From positions 394,291 through 433,970 of the forward strand of contig NW_003314383.1 of assembly GCF_000143415.4 (NCBI RefSeq): a stretch of DNA of 39,680 nt, read 5' to 3'. Made by a program: the position numbers and the translations under genes. Source of the stretch: Selaginella moellendorffii. Its lineage: Eukaryota > Plantae > Lycopodiophyta. This document shows, piece by piece, positions 32,284-39,680 of this stretch. Under the pieces are notes generated by a model. It had not been told where the DNA came from. It saw only the letters and a program-made list of their open reading frames with translations, and made no database searches. How positions within the stretch are numbered: position 1 is the first letter of the stretch; the number at the start of each line of letters is the position of its first letter.

Positions 32284-35055
32284 ATGGAGAGCGTCTGCGA
32301 TGACGGCGAGGAGCGCTTGCGGGATCTTTGCGGGCCTGACTATGAGCGCCTTCAGCGGCAAGGCTATTCGGCCTCCAGGTTGTGGACGGCCGATGTAGAT
32401 GAGGTTTTCGCCTTGTTTCCAGGAAATCCTCATCTCGCATGCCGGATATATAAGTTGTTCAACTGTAAGTTCTTTCGCTGTTTCTTTAGGCTACTGTTCT
32501 TTTTGCATTTCCTGTGCAGTAGAGGCTCGCAGCAGCAAGATCATGGACCTAGTGGCAAAGAAAGAAACACGAGACCCCAAGCTGCTACAGTGGATAAAGG
32601 AGAGGTTGGAGTATGTTTCGTACGAGTGGCTGCGTCAATGTGAAAGGCTCCTCATGCAGAAGCCGATAGGTGAAAGTTCTGTGTTTTCGTCTGGTGCTCG
32701 AGTATTCTCTTGCTTGTGCCTGTGCAGAGAACACTAGGCCTGATCGTGATCGTTTGTGGCACGAGATTAATACGAAAGTGGCGATGAAATCGTTACGGAG
32801 GGAGTACGTTGGGGAGGCCCATAAGATATTGTACAAGGAGCTGTGTAAGTTGAGGAACGAATGCTCAAAGAGTAAGTCTTGAATTCTTCTGTTATTGTGG
32901 CTTATAGCACTGGCTATTGTGTAGACGAGCACTACAGCTGCTATACCTCCATAGTACAGGGTTCTGGCACGGGGAAAACACGCGGGGTGATGCAGATGTC
33001 GCGCCTGGGAGTGTATATTTGCTATTGCAGCACGGCGGCAGCAAACAGTAGCGCCTGTCCTCCTCGAACTGGGGAGCTTGCCAACCAGCTCAGCCGAACG
33101 AACAGTGAGTTGGAGATGGCGCTATACTTCAAAGCATGGCTTTTTGTCCTCCATGAGACGGTGAAGGGTGAGAAGATGAGCTCAGTGCAGTGGATGGATT
33201 CACAGATGGATTCGTCCAGTATTGCGGAGGCCGTGCACAAGAAATGGCTTGAATTGATCAACAGCAGAGCTGTAGAGGAAATTAGTGAGTCACCGGATGA
33301 CAGGAACGAGAATCTACTCCAACGAGAGTTTGAAAACTTGAAGGATGTACTGCCGGAAGAGGGGGAGGTGCAGGTGCTTTTTGTTTTTGATGAAGGTCGT
33401 GGTCTCTTACCGAATGGGGAAAGCACCTTCGGTATGGCACAATCGCCGTTTTACCAGATGAGGCGAGTGGCGAGAGCTTTCTTCACACACAAGAAATACT
33501 TTGCAGTTGTCATTGATACGATGGGGAGTATCAGTAATCTGCAGCACGAGGACCAGTCGAGGAAAGCTAATATCCTGGGACGGCACGAGGACCAGTCGAG
33601 GAAAGCTAATATCCTGGGTTTGCGGCTTTTAAGGCCTATTCATCAGGTGGTGAATATGGACCTTGTTCCTCGGACTACGGATTTGTCTCCAGCTCAGTTG
33701 TTCAGGTATGGAAGGCCCCTATGGAGTAGCCGCCTTGACAGCAATCCAAATGTGTGGAGCCTCCTCGATCTTGCGGAAGCCAAGCTGGTTGGGGTGCTGC
33801 ACGGGGACTTTCAGGGGCAAGCTGTGGACGTCTGTGGTTCTACCGGAAGGGTACAGATGGCTGAGAGCCAGGCGTTGGCCTTGCTTTCAGCATCAGCGGG
33901 CCTGGAGATATGCCCGCGGAGTGCGCAAAGCCAGCTTCTTGTCGCTTCTCACATGAGTATCCTTACGTTCATCTCCCTCGATCGTACGAGAGTGCATATC
34001 AGTCAGCCCGTGGAGCCCGTTGTGAGTGAAGCGGCCGCTAGGATTCTCAACCGCAAGAGTGGCGAGCCTCTAGAAGTTGCTCTAGGGCTGTTCCTGAACG
34101 GCTGCTACAATGGCTATGTGGATGCTGGACATCGGGGGGAATTCATAGTGAAGCTCATCTTGCTGCAAGCTTGTTGGAGCTTGTACAAGGGTGACTACTA
34201 CCTACGCCGCATTCCTCTCCGGGATTATATCGGACGATTGCTGGGCTGGGAGGAGGCACAGGTTGACGAGGCATGCAGCGGCCTGGATGAATCCGCTGCC
34301 GTCTTTTTTAACAGTTTTATGCTGGTTAAGCAGGGGCAGTTGACACCCGAGATCTTGGCAGCTGCGTTCATGAGAGGCTGTGCAATCATGTACAAAGCCA
34401 ACAATAACGTCCGAGGTTATGACATTGTTATTCCGGTCTGGACTTCCTTGGGGATGACTGCGCTGCTCGTTTCGGTCAAAAACAGTAGAAAGTGTGGGTG
34501 GCTCAACAAAGCTTCTACGACTGTGTTGAGGCCGAGGCTCATGCAAGTCTCAGGAATCGAAATCAAAGTGGTGACGGTCCTCATCAATGTCCAAGAACCA
34601 AACCTTAAAGAGCCAGTGCCACCAAAGTTATGGAAGAAGGATGAGATGCATAAGTCTTACTTGCAGGGTGACGAAGCTTATGGCAAGAAAACGGAGCCTG
34701 TTGCGCACATAACAGTTTATGGTCTCGAACGCAACTTTCGTTTCCTTGGTGCTAAGACGAAGAGACTTCTAGCTGAACTTTCAATTGCGGTGCCGGATAC
34801 GGAGGTGGAGGCTGGAAAGCAATCAGAGGAAGCGAAATCATGGCTCCATCTGCTGCTTCCTGACATGTATAAGCTTCCAATTCCAAACGTCTCTGACATT
34901 AAGGAGCTTGGTAAGACACATTCGTGATACGCTATTCCCATGATATCATAATGTGACATTTCAAGTTTACAGGTGATCCGCGACAGAAGCGCCCAATAGA
35001 TGCCACAGAGAAGTTTGCGGACGATTTGCAACAGAAACGCCCAAAAGTTGCCTGA
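32284..35055 (+). CDS. Crinkler/RHS(CR)-like protein: SAM-like header, P-loop NTPase, PD-(D/E)xK restriction-endonuclease-like domain and C-terminal NLS (847 aa)
   Basis: Exons 32284-32464, 32520-32669, 32728-32871, 32925-34910 and 34973-35055 (2544 nt in frame). Walker A IVQGSGTGKT, Walker B LFVFDEGR, YGRPLW, EPVVSEAA, GHRGE, GYDIVIPV...LLVSVKN, terminal QKRP-x12-QKRPKVA. Unspliced alternative stop at 34927. Confidence 0.78.
33544..33618 (+). repeat. In-frame 39-bp-period tandem duplication (HEDQSRKANILG x2)
   Basis: 36 identical nt starting at 33544 and 33583. Confidence 0.95.
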
Positions 35056-38000
35056 GAGAAGCAAGATCGTGGCCAGGTCGTTTAGAATACTACCTATGAT
35101 TCGGGTTATGTTGCAATGGTTTTGCATAGATATAGGATTATTAAAAGCTTTTATTTTATTTTAGAAAATCAATTTAGCTTTTGGCTATGCAAATCACATG
35201 AGAAACAACACTCAACCATGAAGCTCTCCTTCTCACCAAGATCCCTAACACCACGATTTACACATAAATTTGAAATAGAAAGCAAAATGCATCCTGGAGC
35301 TCACCCTGAGAAAAACAAAATGTCAATGAAGGAGAAAATGATGGAGCTTGTAACTGTCATGACACAAGGCTTGCAAAGATGCAAAGCAATCATGGCCATA
35401 ATAACCCTTGCGAAGGCTATGGCCATAGTTGTGAGGCTTCACCGTGAATTGTGAATTGTAATTGATTTGTATCTAGGGTTTGACTAACTTAAAATATCTT
35501 TAAAAGCCCTTTAGATCCATATATATAACTTATATACTATCTTTGTAACTTGAGTTCCTTTACAAATGAAAATAAAATTGCTGCATGTTGAGTTGCAGCA
35601 ACGCTTGGTTATTTTGTTTTTAAATATTTTTTATTATGATATATAATTTATTATGATCTGTCTAGTATGCAGGTGCTATTCCTGCTTCTGTATATATTAT
35701 ATCTTTTACCCATATATGATCTATTAGTTTCTTATTATGTGTATTGTCTTTTATTATTTGTATATATCCTTCTTTCTTCATTAGTAATATTGCATATAAA
35801 TGACTATAAATCAGAAAAAGTAGAACATTTAAAAATAGAAACAATGGTAATGTCATATACATCACTAGAAAAAAATTTTAAAAACAGAAAAAAAATTTAC
35901 ATAGAAAACCTGGAACAAATATATAAATATTCAAAAACAACTACAAAAATATATACAGAAAATAGATAATAAAAAACTAGTAATATAAATTGGTTCAAAT
36001 AGTTATTGTTGTGCTCTCTCAAAAAATTTTCTTTGGTTGGACTAAAACAATGCAAATGCAAACTCAAGGTTTAGTTAAAAATGAGACCGAAAAGAAAACC
36101 ATTAAGGACGAAAGATCAAACACGTAAATAATTTTTTCTTCTTGGAGAAATGATTTGCAATAAGGTGTTAACTCATTACTTATATTTACATTATGCAATC
36201 AAGAGTCCCTACTTTGATGCATATTAGTTATAGTGGTCTTACAAGTGGTGAGTCAAGGGATGAATAGTGGTGAAGCGTTAAATCATTTTGTCTAAGCTTA
36301 CTATTGAAGATTTAAGTTGCAATGGTCAATTCTTTTTCAGGGAACCTTGGTATTACTCCTTGAATAGCTTGGTGTTGAATTAGTTTTGAGTTTGGTAAAA
36401 TAGAGAACGACATGAACTTGTCCGTGTTATGAATAAAAATTAGTGGTGTTGGGTGTTGTAAGTCTCTATCAATGGAGTGTGGTATTTATGTTGCATTTTG
36501 TCGAATTGAGTTAACACTTGATACTCACATTAAACCTTTAAAAAAATGACATTAGCATTATTCGTGGTGTTGCTTGATTGATGATTATGATTTTTATATC
36601 ATATTCATGTGATAATAAGTAATGTGTTTACGAAGTTGCTTGGTTAAATGATGATCAACCCCAAAGTGGTTGATGGTGAAGTTAATCTACTTATATATAG
36701 TAACAATGAAGTTGGATTCTTAATGGTGGTCTATTATGCTAAATTTAAGTTAATACCTTGGTTCTTAAAGGGTTTAGCCATTGAGGTGTTAGAAAGGGTT
36801 GTAGCATTAATTTGCTATGACTTGTTGGTGAATCTGTTGCACTTGGAGTAGATTGCCGGATGGAAAATGTGTGTAATTGAGGCATTGACATTGCTAGCAC
36901 TTGTGTTAGTGGAAATGGCATTGTTATTTTGAGTAATGAGGAATTTTCCTTAAATCTTGATTTTCCATGTCCTTTTTTTTATTAGTGTTTTGGCTTTATG
37001 TTGGATTTTGAAGGTGGTTAAGAAAGAGTGTTAATGCAATGTAGGTATCCGAAAATATGGTCTTTGTGATTAAGCCTTGGATGTTCATTTTGCATTTTTG
37101 CGGATGTTAGTCTTGGATATAAAAAATATGGGTATGATGTTTGAAACTTAAGCATACTATGGGTCTTGAGAATTTGTATTGAGGTGAAACTATGTGAAGT
37201 TGTTAGTAGGAGGAAGTTGGTTGAGTCTTGAAAGTTTGCATTCCTGGATTGAGGGTAATTCTTTCTCTAGGATGGAAAATTTTCCATAAATTTTTTTAGG
37301 CTTTTCCAATGGTTGATTTGTTGATCACTTTGCTCAAAAACCTTTCCATTTTTGTAAACCAGTACAAACTAGTGAAATGGTTGGTGTTGACTTCGGTTGG
37401 CTTAAATTTTAATACAAAGTTTATATGATGCAACTCAAAAAAGATGCTAACTTTTGGGGTTAAAGCAATTGAGTGGGATAAAGTCTGGAGTTGGTGTAGA
37501 AAAGTAGCCGTTGCATTTTTTTAAGAAAGGTGACCCTATGAGAGTAGTGAGCTCTCACTGATTTTAACTTAGTTTTGGTAGCCTTGCACTTGGCTGAGGA
37601 TGATGATATCCAACTTAATTGTTTAAGGTTGAAATGTTAGTACCCATACTATAGCTTTGTCTATGAGGAGGTTGTGTACCAATATGAGTCCATCTCATGG
37701 TTTTCACTTTAGTTTCGACTGAGTGTTGATTATGCATTACTAGCCTCTTCAAGGCATGCTCAGAGCTATTGATTAGATGTATTGGTGAGCTTATTGCAGT
37801 TGAGTTGGATTCAAATAGTCATTTAGTTTATGTTTGTCCATGAACTTTTATCTCGTACCTGGGGTATTACATTTATGTTGGGCAAGTATATAACTCGATG
37901 ACATAAGTTTAATGTTTGGGTCTTATGAAAGGTAAATTGACGAGTGATTATTAGTTGCTTTGTGACTAGTGATTACTTGTAGACTTTGTCAAAGGATTAT

Positions 38001-39078
38001 TAATACTTGCTTTGTTAGATGATAATTTAGCAATAATAGACTTGCTTACTGGATGGTGTTGCGGAGGATTGTGTCGTTAGACTTATATGGTTTTTCCATA
38101 TTAGTATGTTGACTCTACCTCTGTCGATATCATTTGGTTATATTTAGTCTGTGGTATTTGATTTCATTAAGTCTTGGATGTGGTGATTCACTTCTTGATG
38201 ATGCATTATCTGTAGCTAAGTATTGTTGAAGAACTGGTCTCAGATACTAAGTATAGTATCTTTGACTTTAGTTAGTTTGGTTGCTAGAAAGCTTTGAGTG
38301 GCTATTCACTTTTGCTTTCTTCTAACTTTGTTTTGGTGTTGATGGCATTGAAGTGGTGCCTTATCGTTGACATTGTTGATGTTGAGATTTGAGTGAAGTG
38401 AAATATCTCTCCATAAGATTGATATTAAATTTCATTAGTTTCGATGCAAATAATGTTGATACTTAGGTTGTAGCTTTGTGTTATTGGTATCCATGCATTT
38501 ACTAGTTAGTAATTGTATTGATGTTCAAATGAACTAAATGGCAAGTTGAGTTAGTTGTGTTTTAGATGAGATTGCTTAGTAGGGGTTGAGCTTTGGCTTT
38601 TCCTTGAAAGTGATTAGTCATGGACTATACTAGCATTACAAAGGAAGAGTTAGTGATCGATATTAAAATGTTTAAATCCTTTTTTGAATTTGAGTTGGGG
38701 ATATATCAATCATTGATAGTTTTTTTTGTGCTTATTATAAAGTGAGTTACATCTTGCTATAGATGGATTCATGGAAGATTGTTTAATGATCACTTGTTAA
38801 GTATAGTTTTGTTATACTTAACTTTTGGATTGATACAGATATGCTCTTCATTAGCTTTGGCATTATAAAGTTTAGTTTATGGCATTATAAAGTTTAGCTT
38901 ATGAATGTGTTAAGGAGGATATTATGGGTTGTCCTATGATTTCTTCTTTATCATTGAAATTAATTTATGTAAGATTCGTGATCATTGTTATGCACAACTT
39001 GGCTATAAGTTTTTTCGAGCTTTGGTTCTTTGAGTTTTTTATGCTCATTGTTCCATTTGTTAAAAGTTGTTGGGGAAG

Positions 39079-39680
39079 TGTCGCAAATGTGACTTCGGGT
39101 ATCAAAAGTTACTTGTCAGCCAATCCTTATAAAAACTCTTTTTTTATTGCCACAACAGTAAGAGGTCAGTATTGCTGGACCCTTTATCAATGCCTTTTGT
39201 GTTAGTGGAGTTAACTAGGCATTTTGAGTGTACTTAGACCGGACGAGCATAAGGACGGAATTCTTACATGCCATTAGCTAAACATACTTAGCCCAGTAAG
39301 GAGTTCCTGTATTGTTGTGTCTTGCATTGGCTAATGACAAGAACCCTCGCGTATTGAGACTAGTTATATCGCTACATAATAGCTTACCGTGCTTGCCAAA
39401 CACCCTCGCTATCATGCCCTTTGTGTTAGTCTCATTCTGGTCCCAAATGCTATTTATGGAAAGTGTCTAGATTTGCTTATTTGGCATATCTACAGAATGT
39501 AGAAATTGTTTTGAACATAATGGTATTCATCCCATGTCCAAATTCATAATTTAGAGACATTCCATATTTAGTAAGTTTCGAGTTTGTCCCAAAGACTAAC
39601 TCCTGGTACTAAGGGAGGCTTAGGGTGAAAGCCTAAAGCGTGTGTTTCTCAGGGGGGGGGGGGGGGGGGGGGGGGGGGGG
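39079..39680 (+). mobile_element. LTR (~1.15 kb family), copy 4, cut by the window end at the poly-G tract
   Basis: TGTCGCAAATGTGACTTCGGGTATC start; colinear with 7116-7715. Confidence 0.85.

Noticed and set aside
38859-38902. 22-bp direct duplication
   Set aside because: Ordinary slippage duplication with no further structure.
36000-39078. Strand-skewed (T/G-rich), CpG-poor region, probably an ancient retroelement on the minus strand
   Set aside because: No motif or terminus could be recovered by eye.

Overview
Eukaryotic plant genomic DNA with very short (about 45-65 nt) GT-AG introns; this style suggests a lycophyte such as Selaginella (inference, not verified). AT-rich, transposon-littered flanks (1-15 kb, 35-39.7 kb) surround a compact gene island. 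The island holds three paralogous secreted Hedgehog-type Hint (Hog) genes: one intact, one minimal 'signal peptide + Hint' variant and one frameshifted pseudogene. It also holds a conserved membrane-protein gene immediately behind a tRNA-Trp gene, two more tRNA-Trp fragments, an F-box/LRR remnant, a bacterial-type Zn-ADH pseudogene and tRNA-Pro(AGG). Further along are a full-size PDR/ABCG transporter divergent from the intact Hog gene, a nuclear ribosomal protein L20 with a transit peptide, a truncated UGT and a Crinkler/RHS-like SAM-NTPase-REase gene. The repeats are four Cassandra-like TRIMs with 5S-rRNA-like LTRs (one nested in another), four copies of a ~1.15 kb solo-LTR family (one with an internal inversion) and a decayed Copia 3' end. 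The top candidate system is the Hog family: the intact gene would autoproteolytically release, and possibly lipidate, an 8-residue peptide (TNNQNNTG). All gene models were spliced by hand and no database searches were run.
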